64,000 bases of DNA from Bacteroidales bacterium (GTDB lineage Bacteria; Bacteroidota; Bacteroidia; Bacteroidales; F082): positions 43,497-107,496 of the forward strand of contig JAZLAI010000017.1 in assembly GCA_045613105.1 (NCBI GenBank), given 5' to 3'. Positions 33,486 to 44,191 of the stretch are shown one piece after another. Position 1 is the stretch's first letter. The number at the start of each line of letters is the position of its first letter. The translations under genes were made by a program, and so were the position numbers. The notes under the pieces were generated by a model. The model searched no databases. It had not been told where the DNA came from and saw only the letters and a list, made by a program, of their open reading frames with translations.

Positions 33486-36443
33486 ATGAGACGAATTTTA
33501 CTCTCATTTGCGCTTGTTGCAATGGCATTAGGCGTAAACGCTCAAGTCGGCGTCAAGACTGTTACCACAGCTAATGGTACAACCACAAAAGCTTCTAGCG
33601 AAGTTGTTCAACAACAGAATACTCGTTCAATTATTTCCGATGCTGAAGTAGTATGGCATCACAACGAAGAATATGGTATCGGTGGTAATGTTTTTATCTC
33701 AGAACAAGATTTGAATGCTGTCATTAATTGGGAAACCAATGATGCCAGAGTAGAGTCATATAGTGAAAATGGCATTGCAGAATGGACAGTGGCAACAACT
33801 GCAGAATGGCCTTTCTTGGCAGCAAACAAAGCTGGTAATCTATATGCCGTTGTCAATGACGGTGCTGTGACATTGTTAGATAACACTGGTTCAACAGTAG
33901 CAACTATTAACGCAGGCGGCCCTGTAGGCGCAGTTGCTATTAATAAAGAAGGTACAGCTATTTATCTTTCTTACGGCACTGGTTCTTATGAAAATAATAA
34001 TATGGTTGCTATCATAGCACGTTACACTAGCGATGGCGTAATGGAATGGGCAACAGAAGCAAAGGTTGGTAGCGATATTGCTGACCTCAGCATCGCTGAC
34101 GACAACTCAAGATTGATCGCTGCTGACAGAGGCAACAGTGAAATCTATGTCTTAGACCCAGAAAGCGGCGACATCCTCCAAGATGGCATATACTATTATA
34201 ATAATAGTGCTAAACAACCTCCTGTCGTAAATGCTGACGCCACTTATCTCGCATGGTGCGACATGGATGGCAAAGGCCACCTCTGCAAATGGGACGGCGA
34301 AAAATATGTTGAACAATGGAACGCAAATCTTAAGATGGACGGCCAAAGCAGCTGCTGGGGCTACTCAAACGCCATCACTCCTGACGGTTCATTAGTATTG
34401 TTCGGCACATTAGGATTCGTAAGCAACGGCTACGACGGATGTGTCTTCTTGTTCAACAACTATTCAAACACTCCTGTATGGGTTGCAACAACAGGCGGTC
34501 CTGTCAATAATATCGACATCACTGCCGATGGTTCTCTCATTGCTGTAGCAACCGACGGTCCAATGAACCACTCAACAGGCGACATCTTGATCTTCCGTCG
34601 TCAAAGCGTTGAACCTTTCTTGTCAGTCAATAGCCCAGGTTCAATGTGTTACATCGACATCACCGATGATGGAGCATACTGCGTTGGCGCTGGTAAAGGC
34701 GTTCACTCATACGAAATGGGTTGGGGAGGTAATGCTTATATGATCAAATCTACTCCTTCATACGTAGGCTCTATCGCTGCATCAATCACATTGAACGGCG
34801 TAACAGACTTCAGCGATGCTGTCGTTACTGTTGAAGGCATCGATGATTATTATGCTTATACTAATGGCGAAGGTCTTGCCGACGTTAAATATATCCCAGA
34901 AGGAACATACAATGTAACAGTTTCTAAGATTGGTTTCAATCCTCAAACAATCAGCAACGTACAAATTGCAGCAGGTCAAGCTACAAATCTCGAAGCAACA
35001 TTGGAACCTGTTGGCGCTCCTATCAAAAATCTCTATGCAACACAAGGTTCTGAAGCGGCTGTAAACCTCCGCTGGGATGCATTCGAAGACTCATTCGAAG
35101 GATATAACATCTATCGTAAAGATGACATCAATGCCCCTTATGCTGAACCATTGGCAACAATAGGAACAGATGCTTCAACATACGTTGACGAAACAGCAAT
35201 CCCTACAAAGACATATTACTATGCAGTAACAGCTTTATTGGCAGGCAACCTCGAAACTCCATTGTCAAACAACGCTTATGGCTATGCTTCAACAGCATAC
35301 ATCACAGAAGTTATAGAAGTTTATAACGGCACAGCTCCTACCATTGATGGTATATTATCTGCTGACGAATGGGCAGACGCTTTCAAAGCCGACATCTCCG
35401 ACTTCTCAGGAATCAGCGAAGGTATCGACCCAATCGGAACAGTTTACCTCTATTTAAAGACAGACGGCAACAAATTATACATGGCAATAGTGGACTATGC
35501 CGATACAGAACTCACAGAAAATGACTGTCTGGCATTATACTTCGACGATAACAACGACCACGTTTATCCACAAGATGGTGACAACTCAGAAGGCAACTAC
35601 TGGTTCAAATATTCTGGCGGAACAGGCATCATGCAATATCGTCCTATCTATGCAAGCGGCAGCGTCGGCGATGTGATACAAATCAACGACGCAGAAGTTG
35701 CATTCTCAGATGCAGCAGGTCACGTCACCGGTGAGTTTGTTCTAGAATTCGGCAATGAAGACCATCAGATCAAATTAGGTAACGAAGATGCTAGTAGCGT
35801 TTATTTGTTCTACAGATCAAGCGGATCTGAATATCACGCATATTGGCCATACAACAATATTGACACATTCAATCCTATCGCTTACGACACATTCAAGTTC
35901 TTCACAAATGATGAGGCACCAGAAGCAGCTAAAAACCTCCGCGTCGATGAGGACATCTTAGGATGGCGTAACTATGTTCCCGTAAGATGGGATATGCCTG
36001 AAATGAACGACTTCAAATACTTCCTCGTTCATGTCAACTCTCCTGATGTAGCTTATACAGTATATGGCCCTGAAGTAATAATAGACGTTGAAAGCAATAC
36101 CGACTACTCTGTGTTCGTAACAACAGTAGATAACTACGGACATGTATCAGACCCTTCAGAGACATTAACATTCCATGTCGGAAACATCAACGTAACTGAA
36201 ATAACATCTTCAAACATCAAATTATATCCTAACCCTGCATCATCTGTAATTCACATCGAATCAGAGATGACAGGCGAAGCATCAGCAACAATCATGGATA
36301 TGACAGGCCGACTCGTAAAACGAGTCAACATCAGCGATATGCAAAACGCTTCAATAAATATAGAAGACTTACAACAAGGATTATACTTCTTCATGATTCA
36401 ACAAGACAATATTATCATTGTAAGAAAAGTCACAGTTATATAA
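33486..36443 (+). CDS. T9SS-secreted multidomain protein (beta-propeller, CarboxypepD_reg-like, FN3, CBM9/DOMON-like, T9SS CTD)
   Basis: 985 aa with a signal peptide. FN3-like ...NLRWDAFEDSFEGYNIYRK...YYYAVTA. C-terminus IKLYPNPASSVIHIES...GLYFFMIQQDNIIIVRKVTVI. Confidence 0.75.
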   Translation: MRRILLSFALVAMALGVNAQVGVKTVTTANGTTTKASSEVVQQQNTRSIISDAEVVWHHNEEYGIGGNVFISEQDLNAVINWETNDARVESYSENGIAEWTVATTAEWPFLAANKAGNLYAVVNDGAVTLLDNTGSTVATINAGGPVGAVAINKEGTAIYLSYGTGSYENNNMVAIIARYTSDGVMEWATEAKVGSDIADLSIADDNSRLIAADRGNSEIYVLDPESGDILQDGIYYYNNSAKQPPVVNADATYLAWCDMDGKGHLCKWDGEKYVEQWNANLKMDGQSSCWGYSNAITPDGSLVLFGTLGFVSNGYDGCVFLFNNYSNTPVWVATTGGPVNNIDITADGSLIAVATDGPMNHSTGDILIFRRQSVEPFLSVNSPGSMCYIDITDDGAYCVGAGKGVHSYEMGWGGNAYMIKSTPSYVGSIAASITLNGVTDFSDAVVTVEGIDDYYAYTNGEGLADVKYIPEGTYNVTVSKIGFNPQTISNVQIAAGQATNLEATLEPVGAPIKNLYATQGSEAAVNLRWDAFEDSFEGYNIYRKDDINAPYAEPLATIGTDASTYVDETAIPTKTYYYAVTALLAGNLETPLSNNAYGYASTAYITEVIEVYNGTAPTIDGILSADEWADAFKADISDFSGISEGIDPIGTVYLYLKTDGNKLYMAIVDYADTELTENDCLALYFDDNNDHVYPQDGDNSEGNYWFKYSGGTGIMQYRPIYASGSVGDVIQINDAEVAFSDAAGHVTGEFVLEFGNEDHQIKLGNEDASSVYLFYRSSGSEYHAYWPYNNIDTFNPIAYDTFKFFTNDEAPEAAKNLRVDEDILGWRNYVPVRWDMPEMNDFKYFLVHVNSPDVAYTVYGPEVIIDVESNTDYSVFVTTVDNYGHVSDPSETLTFHVGNINVTEITSSNIKLYPNPASSVIHIESEMTGEASATIMDMTGRLVKRVNISDMQNASINIEDLQQGLYFFMIQQDNIIIVRKVTVI

Positions 36444-36473
36444 TTGTAACAATGTGCTTGTTTTATATTTCAA

Positions 36474-36506
36474 TCTGTCCGGCTATCATTGCCGGACAGA
36501 TTTTTT
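36474..36506 (+). terminator. Intrinsic terminator
   Basis: tctgtccggc / gccggacaga 10-bp stem with a 7-nt loop, then TTTTTT. Confidence 0.8.
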
Positions 36507-36522
36507 ATATCTGTTTTTTTAT

Positions 36523-36530
36523 TAAATTTG
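36523..36530 (+). promoter_or_regulatory. -7 box TAAATTTG for the second S8 peptidase gene
   Basis: Exact TAnnTTTG 25 nt upstream of the ATG at 36555. Confidence 0.5.
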
Positions 36531-36554
36531 CGCAATTATTATAAATCACAAACT

Positions 36555-38840
36555 ATGAAAAAACACATCACTTTACTACTAACATTATTGTTTTCCATGT
36601 TCACACACGCGCAAAACCTCGACGTGATAGAAACAGAATTACAGGAAATCATAAACCAGAAATCTCACGAACTGATAGATGTCAACATTTTTTTCAAGGC
36701 CCAGCCTGACGTAAAAGACATCAAGAGAAACATGAAATCCACTTTTACCAAGACCGAACAAAGAGAATATGTCGTCGAAGCGTTAATGACTTTCGCTAAA
36801 AACAGCCAATCTGACGTGATGTCGATCATACGTGCGGAAGAAAAAAGCGGCAGCGTCACAAAGATAAGAGAACACTGGCTCATCAATGTCGTCAACTGCA
36901 ACATCAGCCGCGACCTTATTTACAGACTGTCAACACATCCTGACATCGCAGCCATTGCATACAACAAAGACGAGTTCCTCCTATGGAATCAAGAAGCACG
37001 CGACATCAGAATGTCAAAGCCACAAGATACCGACACAAGAGGTATGACACAAAACATCACACATGTCAACGCTGATGACGTATGGGAGTTAGGCTACACA
37101 GGCAAAGACGTCCTTGTCGGTGTCATCGACACTGGTGTCAACATACACCACATCGACCTTATCAATAACCTATGGGACGGCGGCGAGGAATATCCGAACC
37201 ACGGATACAACACATACGAAAACAACCATGACGTTGAAGACGGCTTCGGTCACGGCACACACTGCGCCGGCACCATCTGCGGTGATGGAACCTCAGGCAC
37301 ACAGACAGGCCTAGCACCTGACGCCACTATAATATGTGTCAAAGTTATGGACAACGCAGGCTATGGCAACGCCAGCAGCATCTGTGCAGGAATGGAGTTC
37401 GCATTAGAACACGGAGCTGACGTGCTCAGCATGTCGTTGGGAATACCTAACGCATCGGTATCAGCAAAAGAGATGTTACGTACAGCATGTGTCAACACCT
37501 TGCAGATTGGTGTGGCTGCAGCAGTAGCTGTTGGCAATGAAGGCCAACTTCAAATATCATTCCCAGCACCTAACAACGTGAGAGTACCTGGAGGCTGTCC
37601 TCCTCCATGGATTCATCCAGACCAGGAAATAAATGCAGGTGACTTGTCATGCTGCATCGCTGTCGGTGCCGTCGATTTCAATAACTTGACAGCTCCTTTC
37701 TCATCACGCGGACCCGTCACATGGCAAAACACTTTTTATGGAGACTACCCATACCAACCTGAAATAGGACTAATCCGCCCTGACATATGCGCCCCTGGCG
37801 TAGGAATATTATCTTGTGACCCTTACAACAACACCTACCATGTCACCATGGATGGAACATCACAGGCAACACCTTGCGTGACAGGTGTAATTTGTCTTAT
37901 GTTAGATAAAAACCCAGACCTACTTCCAGAAGAGATATGCCGCGTCTTGGAAACAACAGCGACAAAATTAGACGACAACAAAAACAATGAAAGAGGATCT
38001 GGACTCGTCAATGCTTTGGCAGCTATAGAAAACATTGAAGGCAACAACGAAGAGGAAGAGACATGCGAACCAACATCAGAGCTCACAGCCACCACAATAG
38101 ATGAATATTCCATCGCATTGTCATGGAACACCGTAGCAACAGCAAAGAGCTACGACATCTATCGTAACGACGAACTTGTCCAAAACGTGACAATGACATC
38201 GTATAACGACACCGAACTGAATCCAGCCACAGATTATTGCTATACCGTCGTCAGTGTTTGTGAAAACAGCAGCTCTGATCATTCTGAGCAGGCTTGTGCT
38301 ACAACAAACGAGCTGATACTTCCATGCGACGCACCAACAAACCTTAATGCTGTCGTTGAAGAAGCCATCGCCGACTTCGACTATCATTTCAAAGTAAGCT
38401 TGACATGGAACGAGGTTGAAAACGCAGAGTCTTATATCATATATGAAAACGACATCGAGATTGACGAAGTGACAACACCTTCATACATATACGGATGTGA
38501 CGAAGAGAAAACCGTAGAGTTTGCTGTCATGACAAAATGTGAGTCAAATGAATCAGAAATGTCTGAACATATATCTGTCGAGATAAAATATACAGACATC
38601 AAAGAATATGAAAAACAATTCGAGATATATCCAAACCCTGTAAGAGACGAGTTGATAATCGACACAGATGAAACGATAAATGAAATAACCATATATAATA
38701 TAATAGGTATCACAGTTTATCATAAGAACGGTATTCTCGACAACAATATAGATATCAGAGACTTTAATGATGGTGTTTATTTCGTCAAGATAAAAACAGA
38801 AAAAGGCGAAATCACAAAGAGAATCGTAAAGTCATTATAA
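36555..38840 (+). CDS. Secreted S8 (subtilisin-family) serine peptidase with FN3-like repeats and a T9SS CTD; paralog of 13751-18049
   Basis: MKKHITLLLTLLFSMFTHAQ signal. Catalytic motifs VGVIDTGV, HGTHCAG, DGTSQATPCVTG. Shares PGGCPPPWIHPDQ and the propeptide layout with the larger paralog. C-terminus FEIYPNPVRDELII...GVYFVKIKTEKGEITKRIVKSL. Confidence 0.88.
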   Translation: MKKHITLLLTLLFSMFTHAQNLDVIETELQEIINQKSHELIDVNIFFKAQPDVKDIKRNMKSTFTKTEQREYVVEALMTFAKNSQSDVMSIIRAEEKSGSVTKIREHWLINVVNCNISRDLIYRLSTHPDIAAIAYNKDEFLLWNQEARDIRMSKPQDTDTRGMTQNITHVNADDVWELGYTGKDVLVGVIDTGVNIHHIDLINNLWDGGEEYPNHGYNTYENNHDVEDGFGHGTHCAGTICGDGTSGTQTGLAPDATIICVKVMDNAGYGNASSICAGMEFALEHGADVLSMSLGIPNASVSAKEMLRTACVNTLQIGVAAAVAVGNEGQLQISFPAPNNVRVPGGCPPPWIHPDQEINAGDLSCCIAVGAVDFNNLTAPFSSRGPVTWQNTFYGDYPYQPEIGLIRPDICAPGVGILSCDPYNNTYHVTMDGTSQATPCVTGVICLMLDKNPDLLPEEICRVLETTATKLDDNKNNERGSGLVNALAAIENIEGNNEEEETCEPTSELTATTIDEYSIALSWNTVATAKSYDIYRNDELVQNVTMTSYNDTELNPATDYCYTVVSVCENSSSDHSEQACATTNELILPCDAPTNLNAVVEEAIADFDYHFKVSLTWNEVENAESYIIYENDIEIDEVTTPSYIYGCDEEKTVEFAVMTKCESNESEMSEHISVEIKYTDIKEYEKQFEIYPNPVRDELIIDTDETINEITIYNIIGITVYHKNGILDNNIDIRDFNDGVYFVKIKTEKGEITKRIVKSL

Positions 38841-38863
38841 GAAAACAGATAACATAAGAAATG

Positions 38864-38903
38864 AGAGCCCCCAAGTTTTTCCAAACTTGGGGGCTCTTTT
38901 TAT
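38864..38903. terminator. Bidirectional intrinsic terminator (S8 peptidase / leuS)
   Basis: Perfect 15-bp stem agagcccccaagttt / aaacttgggggctct with a 4-nt loop and a flanking T-run. Confidence 0.85.
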
Positions 38904-38929
38904 AATAAGTCTTGTTTCAAACTTTATGT

Positions 38930-41900
38930 TTATCCTACTACGATATTGATAATCTTCTTAGGAACAACGATGATTTTCTTGATGCTCTTGTCTGCCACCC
39001 ATTTTATAGCCTCTGGTGTTTCAACGACTATCTTCTCTATTTCAGCAGGGCTTAAAGTAACAGGCAATTCGAGATCGAAACGTTTTTTACCGTTGATAGA
39101 GACAGGATATGTGAAGCTGTTTTCCACCACATAGCTCTCGTTGAACTCAGGGAACTTCTGTATCACCACGCTGTCGTCGTGACCCATCTGGTGCCACAGT
39201 TCTTCTGCGAGGTGAGGTGCATAAGGAGAAATCATGACTGCAAGAGGTTCGAGTATCTCACGTTTGTTACACTTAAGGTCTGTCAACTCGTTGACACAAA
39301 TCATGAAAGCTGAAACGACAGTATTGAAAGAGATACGTTCAATATCATCTTCTTCTTTCTTGATAAGCTTATGCAATGATTTCAACTCTTCTTTTGTTGC
39401 AGGCTCATCGCTGAAGCTGAACTCATTATTCTCATCAGTATATAATCTCCAGAACTTACGGATGAAACGATAGACACCTTCTATACCTTGAGTATCCCAT
39501 GGCTTGGACTGTTCAAGAGGTCCGAGGAACATTTCATAAAGTCGTAATGTATCAGCGCCATATTTATCGACCAAGTCGTCAGGATTTTGAACGTTATATT
39601 TAGATTTAGACATTTTCTCGACTTCCCATCCACATACATAGATTGGATTACCATCCTTGTCTTTTTCAAAGATAAACATAGCGTTGCTGAGGTCATCACG
39701 CCATTTCTTGAACTCTTCTGTATCGAGGATATCATTATGAACCATATTGATATCGACACGTATAGGATCGCTATATTCTTCTCTGCCTTCAACGTTCTTC
39801 GACACGAACAAACGAGGAGCTTCCAGTTGTTCAATATCTTCGAAAGCAGGAACGTCCTTACCATTGATAAGGTCTTTAATTTTTTGTATTACTTCAGAAA
39901 AGTCTTCGTCGATAAGCACCTGACGGATAGGGATGAGTAACAACTTACAACCCAGAACGTCAGCGATATGTTCGTAGGCATCAGCCACTTTTTCAAGTGA
40001 TGACACTTTCTTTATTTCAATTATTATATTCTTTTCTTGGCAGTAGAAGTCGAATTTACGACGTCCCATCTTATAGTCTCTAACGAATTTTACTCCGAGC
40101 TGTCCGTCTTTGATAACCTGCCATGTCTTGTACTCAGCCATCTTTTCAAAGTTGACACGATAGACGAAGTTTGTTCTACCTTGAATCATACCTTGGTTGA
40201 TCATCTTTTGGAACGGCTCGTCCTTACATGTCGCACCTATATCGAACAAGAACTTATTCCAGAAACGGCTGTAGATAAGGTGACCTGTTCCGTGTTCAGC
40301 ACCTCCGATATATAAATCGACCTGTTGCCAGTATTCGTTAGCTTCTTTGCTGATGAACTCGTCATTATTTTGAGGATCCATATAACGCAGGTAATAGCCG
40401 CTTGAGCCAGCGAAACCAGGCATGGTATTAGTCTCAAGAGGATACCCTTCTTCTGTTGTCCAGTTCTTGGCGCGTGCCAATGGAGGTTCGCCGTTTTCTG
40501 TCGGTTTGTATGCGTCGATAGGAGGAAGTTCGAGAGGCAGTTTGCTTTCATCCAATGCGTATGGCATTCCGTCTTTGTAATAGATAGGGAATGGTTCGCC
40601 CCAATAACGTTGACGGCTGAAGATAGCGTCGCGGAGACGATAGTTGGTTTTGCCTTTACCGATACCCATTTCTTCCACCTTATTAATCATTGTAGCTATA
40701 GCTTCTTTCACTGTAAGGCCGTTAAGGAAGTCGGAGTTCACCATCACGCCTTCTTTAGCGTCGAACGACTCTTCCCACAGAGAAGCATCTGTTGGTTCTT
40801 CGCCAGCTTTAGCGACCACCTGAGTGATAGGAAGGTTGAAATGACGTGCGAATGCAAAGTCGCGGCTGTCGTGAGCAGGCACAGCCATGATAGCTCCAGT
40901 TCCGTAGCCCATGAGTACATAGTCAGCCACCCAGATAGGTATTCTTGCTCCGGTGAATGGGTTGATGCCGTATGCTCCGGTGAATACGCCAGACACTTTC
41001 TTTACTTCAGCCATACGCTCACGTTCCGAGCGGTTCTTAGCCCATGTTACATATTCCTCTACAGCGTCACGCTGTTCGTCGGTGACGAGGCTGTTTATCA
41101 TTTCATGTTCTGGAGCCAGCACCATGAAACTTGCGCCGAAGAGTGTGTCGGCACGTGTAGTGAAGACTTCTATATTAATATCTTTATCAGCTATGTCGAA
41201 GAAAAGCGATGCGCCCATCGACTTGCCTATCCAGTTGCGTTGCACTTCCTTGATAGACTCGCTCCATTCTATTGTCTCAAGACCTTCGAGGAGACGTTCA
41301 GCATAGGCTGTGATACGGAGAAGCCATTGTTTCATGGTCTTACGTACCACAGGATGACCGCCACGTACAGAGAGTCCGTCGGCTACTTCGTCATTAGCAA
41401 GTACTGTGCCGAGTTCAGGACACCAGTTGACCATAGTGTCGGCGAGATAAGCGAGACGATAATTCATCAAAGTCTCTTGTTGCTCTTTCTCGCTCATGGC
41501 ATTCCACTGTTCTGCTGTGAAAGAAAGCGGCTTGCTGCATGCAGCGTCCAATCCTTGAGAGCCCTGTGTCTCGAATCTTTTAACCAAATCAGCTATAGGC
41601 TGAGCCTTTTTCGACTGGTTACAATAATATGAATTGAAAAGCTGGATGAAGGTCCACTGAGTCCATTTGTAATAATTAGGGTCGCTGGTACGCACTTCGC
41701 GATCCCAGTCATAACAGAAACCAATTTTATCCATCTGTTCGCGATAACGATTGATGTTTTTCTCTGTTGTTATTGCAGGATGAGTACCTGTCTGGATAGC
41801 ATATTGTTCTGCTGGGAGTCCGTATGCGTCATAACCCATAGGGTGAAGGACGTTAAAACCTTTCAGGCGTTTGTAACGAGCATAGATGTCTGATGCTATA

Positions 41901-42064
41901 TAACCGAGAGGGTGACCTACGTGAAGACCTGCTCCTGATGGATATGGGAACATATCCAGAATATAAAACTTTGGCTTATTCTTGTCAATATCAACTTTGT
42001 AGATATTATTGTCGCGCCAATATTCTTGCCATTTCTTTTCTACTTCATTAAAATTGTAATCCAT
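38930..42064 (-). CDS. leuS: Leucine--tRNA ligase, unusually long (1044 aa)
   Basis: HIGH motif ([10 protein letters not shown]), CP1 editing domain, KMSKS ([10 protein letters not shown]), anticodon-binding and C-terminal domains. Confidence 0.93.
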   Translation of the reverse strand: MDYNFNEVEKKWQEYWRDNNIYKVDIDKNKPKFYILDMFPYPSGAGLHVGHPLGYIASDIYARYKRLKGFNVLHPMGYDAYGLPAEQYAIQTGTHPAITTEKNINRYREQMDKIGFCYDWDREVRTSDPNYYKWTQWTFIQLFNSYYCNQSKKAQPIADLVKRFETQGSQGLDAACSKPLSFTAEQWNAMSEKEQQETLMNYRLAYLADTMVNWCPELGTVLANDEVADGLSVRGGHPVVRKTMKQWLLRITAYAERLLEGLETIEWSESIKEVQRNWIGKSMGASLFFDIADKDINIEVFTTRADTLFGASFMVLAPEHEMINSLVTDEQRDAVEEYVTWAKNRSERERMAEVKKVSGVFTGAYGINPFTGARIPIWVADYVLMGYGTGAIMAVPAHDSRDFAFARHFNLPITQVVAKAGEEPTDASLWEESFDAKEGVMVNSDFLNGLTVKEAIATMINKVEEMGIGKGKTNYRLRDAIFSRQRYWGEPFPIYYKDGMPYALDESKLPLELPPIDAYKPTENGEPPLARAKNWTTEEGYPLETNTMPGFAGSSGYYLRYMDPQNNDEFISKEANEYWQQVDLYIGGAEHGTGHLIYSRFWNKFLFDIGATCKDEPFQKMINQGMIQGRTNFVYRVNFEKMAEYKTWQVIKDGQLGVKFVRDYKMGRRKFDFYCQEKNIIIEIKKVSSLEKVADAYEHIADVLGCKLLLIPIRQVLIDEDFSEVIQKIKDLINGKDVPAFEDIEQLEAPRLFVSKNVEGREEYSDPIRVDINMVHNDILDTEEFKKWRDDLSNAMFIFEKDKDGNPIYVCGWEVEKMSKSKYNVQNPDDLVDKYGADTLRLYEMFLGPLEQSKPWDTQGIEGVYRFIRKFWRLYTDENNEFSFSDEPATKEELKSLHKLIKKEEDDIERISFNTVVSAFMICVNELTDLKCNKREILEPLAVMISPYAPHLAEELWHQMGHDDSVVIQKFPEFNESYVVENSFTYPVSINGKKRFDLELPVTLSPAEIEKIVVETPEAIKWVADKSIKKIIVVPKKIINIVVG
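39860..40129 (-). other. DUF559/Vsr-like endonuclease-fold module inserted in LeuS (aa ~646-735)
   Basis: [41 protein letters not shown]...[14 protein letters not shown]...[10 protein letters not shown] compared with the DUF559 pattern LWxxLRxxxLGxKFRRQxxIGxYIxDFxCxExKLxIExDGxxH...GxxVLRFxNxEV. Confidence 0.65.
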
Positions 42065-42088
42065 AACTATATTGTTTAGATAAGGTTA

Positions 42089-42096
42089 CAAAAATA
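42089..42096 (-). promoter_or_regulatory. -7 box TATTTTTG for leuS
   Basis: Minus-strand TATTTTTG 25 nt upstream of the ATG at 42064. Confidence 0.5.
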
Positions 42097-42128
42097 CGGA
42101 TTTTTTTAAAACATCAAAGGCATAACAT

Positions 42129-42164
42129 AAAAAAACTCAGAACCTCCAAACAGAGATTCTGAGT
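42129..42164 (-). terminator. Intrinsic terminator of the phosphofructokinase gene
   Basis: The minus strand reads actcagaa-tctctgtttggagg-ttctgagt followed by TTTTTT. Confidence 0.7.
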
Positions 42165-42198
42165 CTTTATTGTCGCGACATTAGATGTCGTCACCATA

Positions 42199-43416
42199 TT
42201 ACCATTTAAGGATTTTCTTGAAGTCGTAATCTTCTGGGTTTGCCACATATTTTTTAGCAGCTTCATAGTCGGCAGGAGTGATATATTGCAAGCAGTCGCG
42301 GAAGACGAGTTTTGCCTTCTCACCGTTCATGTTGACGAGACGAGGTTTAACCTTACCGTTTTCATCTTCAACATCTTTAAGGTATAAAGGTTTAACTTCA
42401 CCTTTGTTATCGGCTGTTACCATAGCACCTGAAACGCCTTCATCGAACAATTGTTTGACACCATATCCCAAAATACTGCAGTAGAACAAGTCGAATGCAC
42501 CTGGATCGACGCAGCGCACTTCATAGCCTATTTCCACAGGACGGCTCTTGATGCCGAGTCCCAGATCTTTGATACGTTGTTGTAATAATGTATTGAAGAT
42601 ATGAGCCTTACTTACGTTACCAAGTTCAGGATGACCATGATCGTCGTAAGTGAAGTTGACGCCAGAGTTGTTTATCTCTTCATCTGTCATGAAATGGAAC
42701 ACGCCTTCGCTGATGATAGCCACGCCGTAACCTATGCCCAATATCTTACGTTTTATCATCGCGCTGATGACGAGTTTAAGGATATTGTCGAAAGTCACTT
42801 CTGTGTTATAGAACATCTCTGGTATGATGATCATAGGATAGTGACAAGCGGCACCCATACCGAAAGCGAGGTGACCAGCTTCGCGTCCCATTGCAGAAAC
42901 GAGGAACCAGTTACCGCTAGTACGTGCATCTTCATAAACTGTCTGAGAGATTCTCACGCCAGCTTCTTTAGCAGAATAATATCCGAATGTAGGTGTGCCT
43001 TCTGGAAGAGGAAGGTCGTTGTCGATAGTCTTAGGAACGTGAATGTTCTGAATCTTTACATTATTAGCAGCCAAGAATTTAGATATACGATTAGCTGTTG
43101 AAGCAGTATCGTCGCCACCGATAGTAACAAGAAGTTTCACATTGTTTTTAACAAAGAAATCCACGTTAAATTCTTCGTCTTTAGGTTTATAACGACTCAT
43201 CTGCAAGGCTGAGCCACCCATTCTCTGGATAAGGTCGGCATAAACGAAATCCATATCGACGAACTTAGGATTTTCTTTGAAGAGATTTTTATAACCTTCG
43301 TGAAGACCGATAACGCGATAGCCGTCTTTCAAGAAAGTTTTAGCAACAGTGCTGATTACAGTATTGATACCAGGAGCAGGACCGCCACCGGCAAGAATAA
43401 CTATTGAAGGATTCAT
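42199..43416 (-). CDS. Phosphofructokinase family protein with PPi-dependent signature residues
   Basis: 405 aa. Contains ILAGGGPAPGINTV, TIGGDDTAST and HVPKTIDNDL. Asp and Lys occupy the two positions that are Gly in ATP-dependent PfkA. Confidence 0.8.
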   Translation of the reverse strand: MNPSIVILAGGGPAPGINTVISTVAKTFLKDGYRVIGLHEGYKNLFKENPKFVDMDFVYADLIQRMGGSALQMSRYKPKDEEFNVDFFVKNNVKLLVTIGGDDTASTANRISKFLAANNVKIQNIHVPKTIDNDLPLPEGTPTFGYYSAKEAGVRISQTVYEDARTSGNWFLVSAMGREAGHLAFGMGAACHYPMIIIPEMFYNTEVTFDNILKLVISAMIKRKILGIGYGVAIISEGVFHFMTDEEINNSGVNFTYDDHGHPELGNVSKAHIFNTLLQQRIKDLGLGIKSRPVEIGYEVRCVDPGAFDLFYCSILGYGVKQLFDEGVSGAMVTADNKGEVKPLYLKDVEDENGKVKPRLVNMNGEKAKLVFRDCLQYITPADYEAAKKYVANPEDYDFKKILKW

Positions 43417-43455
43417 AACAAATATTTTTAAATTTTAATCTATTGTCTTGTTGTG

Positions 43456-43463
43456 CAAAGATA
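43456..43463 (-). promoter_or_regulatory. -7 box TATCTTTG for the phosphofructokinase gene
   Basis: Minus-strand TATCTTTG 40 nt upstream of the ATG at 43416. Confidence 0.45.
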
Positions 43464-43530
43464 AATTAATATCACAAATACAGAACATAAAAAACATTAA
43501 AAAAAATATTGATTTTAGAGCAAAAAATTG

Positions 43531-43538
43531 TAACTTTG
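43531..43538 (+). promoter_or_regulatory. -7 box TAACTTTG for ruvA-sprA
   Basis: Exact TAnnTTTG 53 nt upstream of the ATG at 43591. Confidence 0.45.
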
Positions 43539-43590
43539 TCGTTTGATTATCATCAATTCATTTTTAAGAAAAATTGACGTTGAATTAAGT

Positions 43591-44175
43591 ATGTACAGTT
43601 TCATTTCCGGCAAGGTAGCAGAAAAAAATCCTGCATATATAATTATTGACAATCAAGGTATTGGATATTTAATTAATATAACATTAAATACATTTACCGC
43701 CATTGGAGAACAGTCGGAAGTAAAGTTGTATGTGCATCTCGCCATCCGTGAAGACGCTCATGTCTTGTACGGTTTTTACACCGAAGAAGAGCGTTCTCTG
43801 TTCCTACAGCTCATAACAGTGTCGGGAGTAGGCTGCAACACAGCCCGTCTCATACTGTCATCGCTTACGGTAAGAGAGACGATAGAAGCCATTTCATGTA
43901 ACAATACCAAAGCCATACAAAGCGTGAAAGGCATAGGTGCCAAAACCGCACAGAGAATAATCGTCGATCTCCACGACAAGGTGACAAAACTTAACATTTC
44001 CGATGGAGAAAAAACTCCATTAGGATACAATACATTGAAAGAAGAAGCGTTATCTGCTCTGATGGTCTTGGGCTTCAGCAGAACAAGCATTGAGAAAATC
44101 TTGGACAGACTCATGTCGCAGATGGAAAACCCTAATGTCGAACAACTGATAAAAGAAGCTCTCAGATTATTATAA
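43591..44175 (+). CDS. ruvA: Holliday junction branch migration complex subunit RuvA
   Basis: MYSFISGKVAEKNPAYIIIDNQGIGYLINI..., HhH motifs (VSGVGCNTARLILS, VKGIGAKTAQRII), C-terminal domain III. The track start at 43543 is a TTG extension. Confidence 0.9.
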   Translation: MYSFISGKVAEKNPAYIIIDNQGIGYLINITLNTFTAIGEQSEVKLYVHLAIREDAHVLYGFYTEEERSLFLQLITVSGVGCNTARLILSSLTVRETIEAISCNNTKAIQSVKGIGAKTAQRIIVDLHDKVTKLNISDGEKTPLGYNTLKEEALSALMVLGFSRTSIEKILDRLMSQMENPNVEQLIKEALRLL

Positions 44176-44191
44176 GTCATTGTTATTCATT

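Noticed and set aside
40610-41632. 340-aa ORF on the plus strand
   Set aside because: It lies entirely antisense to the conserved core of leuS. It has a Cys/His/Ser/Phe-rich low-complexity composition, no recognisable motifs and no promoter box. This is a typical shadow ORF opposite a highly constrained gene.
43856-43881. CGTCTC...GAGACG inverted pair inside ruvA, and isolated GAGACG/CGTCTC hexamers elsewhere (e.g. 175, 231, 3024, 29951), as further copies of the palindromic element
   Set aside because: Only the 6-mer matches. The extended arms (GCAGCAAT / ATTGATRC) are absent. This is consistent with chance occurrence of a hexamer.
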